Source: Macrostomum lignano (taxonomy: Eukaryota). Taken from it: a DNA stretch of 64,000 nucleotides. Shown piece after piece: positions 49,576 through 60,200 of the stretch. Under the pieces are notes generated by a model that was not told where the DNA came from, did no database searches, and was given only the letters and a program-made list of their open reading frames with translations. Location of the stretch: positions 1-64,000 of the forward strand of contig NIVC01001180.1 in the NCBI GenBank assembly GCA_002269645.1, in the 5' to 3' direction. Numbering within the stretch: the first letter of the stretch is position 1; every line of letters starts with the position of its first letter. The translations under genes and the position numbers were made by a program.

Positions 49576-52500
49576 CTTAGACTTAGGCCTACTTGTAGGT
49601 TGTAGTTTAGTAGTATATTATAGGCCGTTAGATCACAGTATCAGATGATTATTATTTAAGCAAGTAGATATGGAAGAAGTTAACAGCAAAAATGATTAAC
49701 AAATAGCTTTCTAGAGATTTTTTATAAGACTTAACCTTAGGTTCTTGCGCTGCGTTGGGTACTCTTAACTTGTTTTAACAGCATGGCCTGCACAAGTAGG
49801 GCTTTTTGGCTATATAACAGTAACAAATTTTTATTATGTTGATTTCCTATTACAAATTTTATAAGAACTCTTAAATTATGGCAGGCTGTAAAGTTTTTGA
49901 TGATAAAAAACTAATACTTTTTCTGTACAAATATCAAAACTTCTTAAGCTAGGAGTTCACAAAAACAACATGTCCGTACTATTTTTGTTTGCTATAGATG
50001 GTTACAAAAAGCGATCGTTCTTAATTTTTATTTTTTCTAGAAAACTGAGTATAAAATAGGCTAAATAAATTACCGAGCTAGTAGTTAACTTAAGTTAAAA
50101 TGGTAAGAAAGCGTGTTACGCTGATGTATTATGCATACTTTTAAATAAAAGTAGTATCTGGTAGTATCTGGAGTTGATATTTTCTCAAACACCGTCAATT
50201 ATATCTTAATAAATGGGCTGGCTAAAGCCAGTGAAGTGAAGGTTATGTTTCACATGAAGTTGGTCAGCTTGCGCCTTGCAGAAGCAGAGGTGCTATCAAA
50301 AGCATCAAATAGAAATAGGAGAAATTAATTGTTAATTATGCAAATTAAATGTGTTTCCTAATGGGAACTCGGAACTTTTATGTTTATTTTTGGGAGTTAA
50401 ATGATTTATTAGGAATGGATAAAAGTTAACAAATCCCAAATTACTTAATTAAACTTAAAGTTTAGTGCATATTGAACTTAAAAATTTGATTATGTTCTAA
50501 AATTCTTCTTATGATATAAAGTTATTTCCTTTGCCTAGCATTAGCAAGGATCAGGATCCCATTTTGTAGAATATAGAATAAAAATATTAAAATCTTAAAG
50601 TTATAGATTTAAAACTAAGATTGCATTTAATCTCTTCCTAATATACTGCTTTTAAATTTTATTATATTGAATTAATATATCCAAATATATTATATATATC
50701 CAAATATAAGCTAATAGAAAAGGGGTACCTAGTAAAATGTGAAATCTGTAATAGAATAGTAAATTGTGAAATTGATTGTAGAATCCACTAACTTTAAATA
50801 AAATACAAAATATAGGAATCAAAAAATTATAATTTTAGATACATGCTATGCCTATAGCAATGTAATATAGCAATTTAACTATGAAAAATATATAAAGTAG
50901 TTTTTAGTATGATTCTATATTGAGGCAAACTAAACTAAAAATAGCAGCATCTATTAGACCTACTCAAAGTAATAAATGTAGGTTCTCTTATGAATAATAT
51001 AGCTGATAGGTATTGAAAAAATTATCAAAATTTTGTTTTTAGCAGTTTGGTCAAATTTTGAAGGCTTCGCCACTTCATTATTATAGGCCTAATATTCTAT
51101 TCCAATTCTGTTGCGGATTCTATATTTTACTAGGTGCAATTGGTATTCAATTGTATAATGATACAATTGGTATTCTATCAATTAGCATTTTATCAACTGG
51201 CATATTATTAAATAATATTTGTTAATTAGCATTTTATCAACTAGACCCTAGTATTTTGTCAATTAGTATTTGTTTCAAGCCAAAATTATGAATATTAACA
51301 ATCTTAAATTATGGCAGGCTTTCTTTCTCCTTTATATTTTTATATTACTAAAGTATAACAGTTTTTATTTCTATTATCTTCTGCCACAAATTATTCAAGA
51401 CAGTGTATTTTATAGTCAAACAAGCAAACTGGTTTAGTTGACAAAATGAAGAGCAATGCATAGTTTGAGCGGGGCAGGGTTATTGCTTGAGCATTAATCT
51501 GTGTCCCATTGTTAGGCAACCATATCACCCCCCCCCCCCCCCCAAAGCATTGCTGCGAGTCACACGTTCGCAGGCTGCTGGCTTGGCCTTTGAACATCAG
51601 CTTTGTTATCTGCCCTTTAGTGTAGAGCTGGTCTGGCTGGATAGAACCAGTCAAGACGAGAGGAGGCCATTGTTTGTTTTTCACTTCAATGTAAGCACAA
51701 TTCTAGTGCTTACATAAAGCCAATAACAAGCCATTTATGCTTATATAAAATAGGCTAAGATATAAAAATTGTTTCTTATATAGATAATAGCAATGTATTA
51801 CAATATTTCTGATTTAGGGAAAGATAGTGGCTGGGTAGTCACCCCGTTCTTTCAATGAATTGTTAGAGTTAAAGCAATATGTTAAGCTAAACTCTCAAAA
51901 AATGTACGAGTACTAAAACATAGATGCACAATTGCTGGCTGACAGCCTATTTGGCCACTGTAAATTGTGGTAGACTAGGGGTAAGTTGCAAAAATGCCCA
52001 CCCAAAAGAATATAGACATAATACTAATTAGATGACAAGGTATTTAGCCTTAATAAGACAGTTATAGTTACACTTGTCATTTATCAAAGTTATATTACTT
52101 TTTGCTTAAGGGTTTCTTTCATAGGTAAGTTGCATTTTTGGTATTTTTAGCATGGTATATCCATACTATAAGTCATTAAATCATATAGCATTTAAGACCT
52201 TAAATAAAGGCCTTGAATAGCCAATAAGTTGCTATATAAGCCATCAATTTGCTTGCATCAAAAGTAGCATAATAAAGAAGACATTGACATTTTATTGTGA
52301 TATTAATAGAAAGAGGAATCAATTATTAATTTTATATTTCTATTCCTCTAACAGATTTAAAAAGTTTTAATATATTAGATTTCCTTATTTTGATTTTAGA
52401 TGCTAAAGTCTTTAAGTAAATTTTAAACTTTTTGTTTAAGCATTATGATCAAACAAAAATTCTTTGCTATTTGAAGGGCAAAATTTATTTTCATTTTTTC

Positions 52501-52857
52501 CTTGTATTTATTCAACTAAAAATGAAAGAAAATTTCTTGTTTTTTATTTTAAATAGTTTTTATAGGTATAATAGCTTATTAAAAAATTCATATAACAACA
52601 TGGCACTTGACATGAAACTAAAGTTATGAAAACCTCTATAAGCCTTACCATAATTCTCCTTTTCTAAATTTGAGCATTGGCATCTCAGCAAGCCCATTTG
52701 ATCATTGGCATCTTAGCAACCCCATTTGATCATTGGCATCTCAGCAACCCCATTTGATCACTGGCATAAAACTTATTTTATATACAATGTAATTTTAAAA
52801 AATACATGCACATCCTCATCAACAATGTTAAATATTTGCATGCCACAATAGCCCAGC

Positions 52858-54306
52858 ATGTCCAATCTGTGGAAGGCCCAGGCTGGCTACAATGTGAACA
52901 TGGCCGCCGGTGACAACAATGACGATGATGATTGGGAGACTGAGGCAGATTTTGAAAACGATGTCAGCGAAAAAGAGCAGCGCTGGGGCTCCAAAACCGT
53001 GGCCGGCTCTGGCCGGCAGTCCGACGTCAATGTTGCCCAGCTGCGCGATCAGGTCATTCACGACGACAGCGCCGAGAAGAAACGTCAGCTGGACTCCGGA
53101 CCGAAGGCCTCCTACGGTTATGGCGGCCAGTTCGGTGTTGAGAAGGACCGCATGGACAAGAGCGCCGTGACTAACGAGTACCAAGCGCAGCGTCAGCTGC
53201 ACCAGTCCCAGACTGACGCAGCCAAGGGATTCGGCGGCAAGTACGGCGTGCAGAGCGACCGGAAGGACAAGAGCGCCGTTGGCTGGGAATATCAGGAGAA
53301 GCGACAGTTGCACGAATCCCAAACTGATGCCGCTAAAGGTTTCGGTGGCAAGTACGGGGTGCAGAGCGACCGGAAGGACAAGAGCGCCGTTGGCTGGGAT
53401 TACAAAGAAAAACGCGAACTGCACGAATCCCAAACTGATGCCGCTAAAGGTTTCGGGGGCAAGTACGGGGTGCAGAGCGACCGGAGGGACAAGAGCGCCG
53501 TTGGCTGGGATTACAAAGAGAAGAGGGAGCTTCACGAATCCCAGACTGATGCCGCCAAAGGATTCGGCGGGAAATATGGGGTGCAAAGTGACCGGAAGGA
53601 TAAGAGTGCCGTTGGCTGGGATCACCAGGAGAAGAGCAAGCTGCACGAGTCCCAGACTGACGCGGCCAAAGGTTTCGGCGGCAAGTACGGAGTGCAGAGC
53701 GACCGGCAGGATAAGAGCGCCGTAGGCTGGGATCACCGGGAGCAGTTGCAGCCGCACGCCTCTCAGACGGACGCTTCGAAAGGGTTCGGCGGCAAGTACG
53801 GAGTGCAGAGCGACCGGCAGGATAAGAGCGCCGTAGGCTGGGAAGCTCCCGCTAAGCCCCAGGAGGAGCCTCAGCCGCAGTACGAACCGGAAGTTCCCCA
53901 ACCTCAATATGAACCGGAAGTTCCCCAACCTCAATATGAACCGGAAGTTCCCCAGCCTCAACCCCAATACGAACCGGAAGTTCAGTATGAGGAACCGGAA
54001 GTTCGGTATGAGGAACCGGAAGTTCGGTATGAGGAACCGGAAGTTCGGTATGAGGAACCGGAAGTTCAGTATGGGGAACCGGAACCTGAGCCCGAGCCGC
54101 AGTACCAGCAGGAGGAGCAGCAGCAGGCGGCCCCTGCCGGCACCTGCACCGCCCTGTACGACTACACCGCTGAAGATGACGACGAATTGTCCTTCGCCGC
54201 CGGAGATTTGATTAATTTGGTTCAAAAAATTGACGACGGCTGGTGGCTTGGCACAATTGAGGACAGACAGGGCATGTTCCCGGCTAACTATGTACAGGAG
54301 AATTAG
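52858..54306 (+). CDS. CTTN: Cortactin (HS1/cortactin repeats + SH3), intronless, 482 aa
   Basis: N-terminal acidic DDW motif ([27 protein letters not shown]). 6.5 x 37-aa repeats ([21 protein letters not shown]). Pro/Glu/Tyr-rich linker. C-terminal SH3 [16 protein letters not shown]...DDGWWLG...GMFPANYV. Confidence 0.96.
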   Translation: MSNLWKAQAGYNVNMAAGDNNDDDDWETEADFENDVSEKEQRWGSKTVAGSGRQSDVNVAQLRDQVIHDDSAEKKRQLDSGPKASYGYGGQFGVEKDRMDKSAVTNEYQAQRQLHQSQTDAAKGFGGKYGVQSDRKDKSAVGWEYQEKRQLHESQTDAAKGFGGKYGVQSDRKDKSAVGWDYKEKRELHESQTDAAKGFGGKYGVQSDRRDKSAVGWDYKEKRELHESQTDAAKGFGGKYGVQSDRKDKSAVGWDHQEKSKLHESQTDAAKGFGGKYGVQSDRQDKSAVGWDHREQLQPHASQTDASKGFGGKYGVQSDRQDKSAVGWEAPAKPQEEPQPQYEPEVPQPQYEPEVPQPQYEPEVPQPQPQYEPEVQYEEPEVRYEEPEVRYEEPEVRYEEPEVQYGEPEPEPEPQYQQEEQQQAAPAGTCTALYDYTAEDDDELSFAAGDLINLVQKIDDGWWLGTIEDRQGMFPANYVQEN

Positions 54307-54439
54307 TGACTGGGACATTGTCAAGCCAAGATCTGTGAACGTGTGCAAGCAGTACATTCTGATGGAAGTCAGGCTTATTGTTGCAGTATAACTGGATTTT
54401 CGATTTAGAAAGTTGATGAAAATTTCTTATATCCTTAAT

Positions 54440-57226
54440 AATCTATCTCACCTGAGACTGATGAGGTGGATCGCTTTGATAACCTATCTCACCTGAGACT
54501 GATGAGGTGGATCTCCTTAATAACCTACCCCACCGGAGACTAATAAGGTGGAGATCCTTAATAACCTATCCCACCTGAGACTAATAAGATGGAGATCCTT
54601 AATAACCTATCCCACCGGAGACTAATGAGGCGGATCTCCTTAATAACCTGCCCCACCTGAGACTAATGAGGTGGAGATCCTTAATAACCTGCCCCACCTG
54701 AGACGGATGAGGTGGGGATCCTTAATAACCTGCCCCACCTGAGACTAATAAGGTGGAGATCCTTAATAACCTGCCCCACCTGAGACTAATAAGGTGGAGA
54801 TCCTTAATAACCTGCCCCACCTGAGACTAATAAGGTGGAGATCCTTAATAACCTGCCCCACCTGAGACTAATAAGATGGAGATCCTTAATAACCTGCCCC
54901 ACCTGAGACTAATAAGGTGAAGATCCTTAATAACCTACCCCACCTGAGACTAACGAGGTGGAGATCTTTAATAACCTTAACCCACCAGAGACTAATAAGG
55001 TGGAGATCCTTACTAACCTATCCCACCTGAGACTAATAAGATGGAGATCCTTAATAACCTGCCCCACCTGAGACTAATGAGGTGGAGATCCTTAATAACC
55101 TATCCCACCTGAGACTAATGAGGTGGATCTCCTTAATAACCTGCCCCATCTGAGACTAATGAGGTGGATCTCCTTAGTAACCTGCCCCATCTGAGACTAA
55201 TGAGGTGAAGATCCTTAATAACCTACCCCACCTGAGACTGATGATGTTTAAAAAATTTACTAATTTATCGCAAGTTACCATTTGTCTTCCCTGTTAGTTC
55301 ATACCAACGGCAACTTTAACGTTAGCACAGACCTGTTTTAACCACCGACTGCATCATCAATATGAATTCTCTGCGTTACCCAAGCTCTTTATATTTATTC
55401 ATGATTGTCTGCTTCCCTTGAATCAAAATTTAGTTATAAGTCATAGAATCAATTGAAATTTGTGAGCTGGCAAGGGTTCATATTTGTTTGCTGAGTCATT
55501 CGGCTACTATTAGTAGAAATGCAAGGAAAGCAGTGATATTTAAGGTAATCAAGCTTAAATTGTTCAGTTTTTTCTACTCTCGGTTGTTTTTTGTCGAATT
55601 TAGTTACATATATCTTCGATATGCGTACTTGCAGTAGCAAGAGAAGGATTTTTAAATTTGATCACTAGTATGATTAATCTTGATTGAAAATGCGTTTTGT
55701 TTGTTAGTAAGGTACCCTGCTATTTATCAAGTAAGTTATAGCAAATATCCCAGTGTCTTGTTCATCATTCCCTGTCACCTTAATCCGCACAGTCTAACAG
55801 CGCACCTGATTGCTCATTTTTCTATACAGTTTTTGTTGGTTTTTTAAGTTGGACTAGGCTGTTGAACTACTACACTACTTACTGTGTACAGAAACCTGTT
55901 TTTGTATTCTAATTTATGATTTCGGCTGTTTATTAACTATTGATGCCGGACAGTTTTGTTTGGGCAGATAATGTTGACAGTAGTACATTCTCACATGATG
56001 ATAAATCTTGCTTTACAGTGCAACATTAGCACATTTATTATTAAGTACAATAGATACATTTTCCACGCCTTATTAAGCCAATCGATCTGATTAATAGAGC
56101 TCAAGTCTTGCTTTATTCAATTGTATTTCAATTGCGCTTTACCGGTCCTTGAAGAGAATTAAGGATAACCTGCCCCATCTGAAAGTAATAAGGTGGAGAT
56201 CCTTAATAACCTGCCCCACCTGAGACTAATAAGGTGGAGATCCTTAATAACCTGCCCCACCTGAGACTAATAAGGTGGAGATCCTTAATAACCTGCCCCA
56301 CCTGAGACTAATAAGGTGGAGATCCTTAATAACCTGCCCCACCTGAGACTAATAAGGTGGAGATCCTTAATAACCTGCCCCACCTGAGACGGATGAGGTG
56401 GAGATCCTTAATAACCTGCCCCATCTGAGAATAATGAGGTGGATCTCCTTAATAACCTGCCCCACCTGAGACGGATGAGGTGGAGATCCTTAATAACCTG
56501 CCCCACCTGAGACTAATAAGATGGAGATCCTTAATAACCTGCCCCACCTGAGACGGATGAGGTGGAGATCCTTAATAACCTGCCCCACCTGAGACTAATA
56601 AGGTGGAGATCCTTAATAACCTGCCCCACCTGAGACTAATAAGGTGGAGATCCTTAATAACCTGCCCCACCTGAGACTAATAAGGTGGAGATCCTTAATA
56701 ACCTGCCCCACCTGAGACTAATAAGGTGGAGATCCTTAATAACCTGCCCCACCTGAGACTAATAAGGTGGAGATCCTTAATAACCTGCCCCACCTGAGAC
56801 TAATAAGGTGGAGATCCTTAATAACCTGCCCCACCTGAGACTAATAAGGTGGAGATCCTTAATAACCTGCCCCACCTGAGACTAATAAGGTGGAGATCCT
56901 TAATAACCTGCCCCACCTGAGACGGATGAGGTGGAGATCCTTAATAACCTGCCCCACCTGAGACGGATGAGGTGGAGATCCTTAATAACCTGCCCCACCT
57001 GAGACTAATAAGGTGGAGATCCTTAATAACCTGCCCCACCTGAGACGGATGAGGTGGAGATCCTTAATAACCTGCCATACCTGAGACGGATGAGGTGGAG
57101 ATCCTTAATAACCTACCCCACCTGAAACTGATGAGGTGGATATCCTTAATAACCTACCCCACTTGAGACTGATGAGGTGGATCTCCTTAATAACCTACCC
57201 CATTAGAGACTGATGAGGTAGATTTC
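54440..57226. repeat. 41-bp minisatellite (GATCCTTAATAACCTGCCCCACCTGAGACTAATAAGGTGGA) in two blocks, 54440-55243 and 56167-57226, split by ~920 bp of unique DNA
   Basis: 41-bp period measured at 56198 and 56239. Each unit contains a CCACCT/AGGTGG inverted repeat. Confidence 0.96.
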
Positions 57227-57348
57227 ACAGGTCAGTAAGGGGATTCGGGCTAAATGAGGAATCAGTAAAAAAATGCCACTGTTCTGCATGATCCCGCAGC
57301 AGCCGGCCCCAGGCACCTGAACGGAATCGCGCGCAAAATCAATCAGGA

Positions 57349-58979
57349 ATGGACGCGGCTGAGATCCAGGCCCGCAAGCGCCTGAAGCCCATAGACTATG
57401 CTGGTCTGCGTCAGCAGGCGGAGGCCCAGAAGCGCAGCTCCGCCGCGGCTGAGGCCAAAGCCAATAAGCTGGCCGAGCTGCAGTCGCAAGGCAAGGAGCG
57501 GCATCTGTTGAAGCAGCACCGACTGGCTTGGAAGAAAGAGTGCCTCCGTTTGCGGAAGCTTCGCCTGCGACACGCCAAGGAGGCCGAATCGTTTCTACAT
57601 AGCGCGTTTCCGCCAGGCAGCGAACTGCACTCGGTGGCCTCCGAGCTGGAGAGCTTGGACATGGCCATGCAGCAGGATAGGGACATATTCAAGGAGGACA
57701 CCGTGCAGCCCTACTGGTTGCTCTGTGAGGATTTGAAGTTCTTCTGTCAGCATCGGGGAGGCGGCGGCGAGGAAGGCTCAGCTGGGGATCCACGCGAGAT
57801 TCAAAGTCTGGTAGCTGATATGAAGGTGAGATTGAGGTAGATTGAAGTTATGAGTTGATGAGAAGAAGATTGAGATTATTAGTGAGTTGGTGTGAAGTAG
57901 ATTGAGATTATGAGTGGATGAGAAGTAGATTGAGATTATGAGTGGCTGAGAAGTAGATTGAGGAGATTATGAGTGGATGAGAAGTAGATTAAGGTTATGA
58001 GTGGGTGAGAAGTAGATTGAGGTTATGAGTGGATGAGAAGTAGATTGAGATTATGAGTGGATGAGAAGTAGATTGAGGTTATGAGTGGATGAGAAGTAGA
58101 TTGAGATTATGAGTGGCTGAGAAGTAGATTGAGGAGATTATGAGTGGATGAGAAGTAGATTAAGGTTATGAGTGGGTGAGAAGTAGATTGAGGTTATGAG
58201 TGGATGAGAAGTAGATTGAGATTATGAGTGGATGAGAAGTAGATTGAGGTTATGAGTGGATGAGAAGTAGATTGAGATTATGAGTGGATGAGAAGTAGAT
58301 TGAGGTTATGAGTGGATGAGAAGTAGATTGAGGTTATGAGTGGATGAGAAGTAGATTGAGGTTATGAGTGGATGAGAAGTAGATTGAGGTTATGAGTGGA
58401 TGAGAAGTAGATTGAGATTATGAGTGGATGAGAAGTAGATTGAGGTTATGAGTGGATGAGAAGTAGATTGAGATTATGAGTGGATGAGAAGTAGATTGAG
58501 GTTATGAGTGGATGAGAAGTAGATTGAGATTATGAGTGGCTGAGAAGTAGATTGGGATTATTAGTGAGTTGGATGAGAAGTAGATTGAAGCTATGAGTGA
58601 GTTGGATGAGAAGTAGATTGAACTTATTAGTGAGTTGGATAAGTACGAGTAGGTTGAAATTATGTTGGGATAAGAGGCAAGTTGGAATTATAGTTGGATG
58701 AGAATTTTACTGAGATCGTAAGTAGATGCTGAGAAGTAGATTCAGACTGCTCAGTTCACTAAAAAGACACATGTAAGATCTGAGCACATAGTCTGGCACG
58801 CCAATTGTTGAAATCTGTCACTCAGGCGAAGCAGTCAGACATCCTGGCCACACTGGATCGCGAGTCGGCCAACTTGGAGCAGGAGCTCGCGAGCTTGGCC
58901 GCCGATTTTGGCATCAGCGTTGGCGGCGCGGACGATGAAGCCTGCTGCTTCGACGAGCTGGAGCCGGGACACCAGACTG
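57349..58979 (+). CDS. CCDC148: Coiled-coil domain-containing protein 148, partial: exons 57349-57825 and 58826-58979; further exons not found in this window
   Basis: KPIDYAGLRQQAEAQK and KERHLLKQHRLAWKKECLRL resemble CCDC148 KPVDYQQLRALTEAKK and [20 protein letters not shown] as I recall them. Phase-0 AAG|GTGAG donor and CTCAG acceptor; exon 2 ends at a phase-1 G|GTGAG donor. Confidence 0.8.
57826..58740. repeat. 28-bp minisatellite (GAGATTATGAGTGGATGAGAAGTAGATT) filling CCDC148 intron 1
   Basis: 28-bp period measured at 57901 and 57929. GAGATT and GAGGTT variants partly alternate. Confidence 0.95.
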
Positions 58980-59026
58980 GTGAGCAGCTGCGCTGGCTTG
59001 CCACGGATCAGCCTGATACACTGGAT

Positions 59027-59622
59027 TCTAGGTGGATCTGCGACTTTTGACTGCCACAGATTCACCTCCGATCCCAACCTTATGTCTAACCCTAACCTAG
59101 ATTGTCGGCAGTCAAAAGTCTCTGGCAGTCAAATGTCACTGACAGTCAAATGTCACTGGCAGTCAAATGTCACTGGCAGTCAAATGTCACTGACAGTCAA
59201 ATGTCACTGGCAGTCAAATGTCACTGACAGTTAAATGTCACTGGCAGTTAAAAGTCACTGGCTGTCAAGTGTTACTGAAGTACAAAGTCCCTGGCAATAG
59301 AAATTCACTGGAAGTCAAAAGTCACACAGTCAAAAGTCACACAGTCAAATGTCACTGGCAGTTAAAAGTCACTGGCTGTCAAGTGTTACTGAAGTACAAA
59401 GTCCCTGGCAATAGAAATTCACTGGAAGTCAAAAGTCACACAGTCAAATGTCACTGGCAGTTAAAAGTCACTGGCTGTCAAGTGTTACTGAAGTACAAAG
59501 TCCCTGGCAATAGAAATTCACTGGAAGTCAAAAGTCACACAGTCAAATGTCACTGGCAGTTAAATGTCACTGGCAGTACAAAGTCATTGGAAGTCAAAGG
59601 TGACTGGCAGTACAAAGTCAAA
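59027..59622. mobile_element. Possible Helentron/HINE-type non-autonomous element: 5' hairpin, 14-bp inverted repeat around CTAACCCTAACC, then a ~17-bp array with a 99-bp higher-order repeat
   Basis: GACTTTTGACTGCC (59042-59055) is the inverse of GGCAGTCAAAAGTC (59107-59120). 99-bp period at 59341, 59440, 59539. The repeats are certain; the element class is inferred. Confidence 0.45.
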
Positions 59623-59890
59623 ATATTTTACTAATACGCGCGCCAAAAACAAAATCTGCTGATTTTCAAGTGTAGACAGGAAACGAGTGAACCTATTGTA
59701 TTTAATTGACAACAGAAGTACATACAAATTCATATTATTGCGTGCAAATGTTTCAATACGGCGACAACATTAAACTTTCTGTTATACAATAAGGAAGGAT
59801 AAAGCCGCATACTGTGAGGTAATTTGACTACAACAGCATGCAGAAGAAACGTGTGAATGTTCTGATAGTATATGAGCGTATTATGGTAAA

Positions 59891-60200
59891 TACAAGGTGT
59901 GTCACCAAAGTTCCAGGACTGAACTCATAAAAAATTTGCAGCAGCAAAAGTCAAGCAGAATCTGAGCTGCCTTTCAAAAGTTCTCCCTTGAGTTTAATGC
60001 ACTTGTCTCTCCTGCGCCACGCCTCCATGCGGTACTGGAAGGCTTCTTAAGGAATTCTCCGGGAGTTCCATTGTCCTTGCTCTCCTGATAGCTTCTATGC
60101 CGGGGAAACGAGTTCCTTTGAGCACATCCTTGAGCTTCTTGAGTAGAAAAAATCGCAGGGAGCCAGCTGGGAGCCAAATATGGAGGCTGGAGGCCATCAG
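59891..60200 (-). mobile_element. Mariner (Tc1/mariner) relic: frameshifted transposase C-terminus plus 3' TIR
   Basis: Minus-strand pieces QPPY..LAPCDFF / LKKLKDVLKGTRFPGIEAIRRARTMEL / EAWRRRDKCIKLKGE match the mariner YSPDLAPxD...KCI..G.Y tail. TA + CAAGGTGTGTCACCAAAGTTCCAGGACTG at 59891 resembles a mariner TIR. Confidence 0.8.

Noticed and set aside
24194-54306. Bacterial contamination or horizontal transfer suggested by intronless GC-rich genes
   Set aside because: CDT1, cortactin and USP10 are eukaryote-specific, and ALDH4A1 has spliceosomal introns and a mitochondrial presequence.
54440-57226. CRISPR-like look of hairpin-containing repeats (also 62439-62831)
   Set aside because: The units are directly tandem with no unique spacers, there are no cas genes, and the context is eukaryotic.
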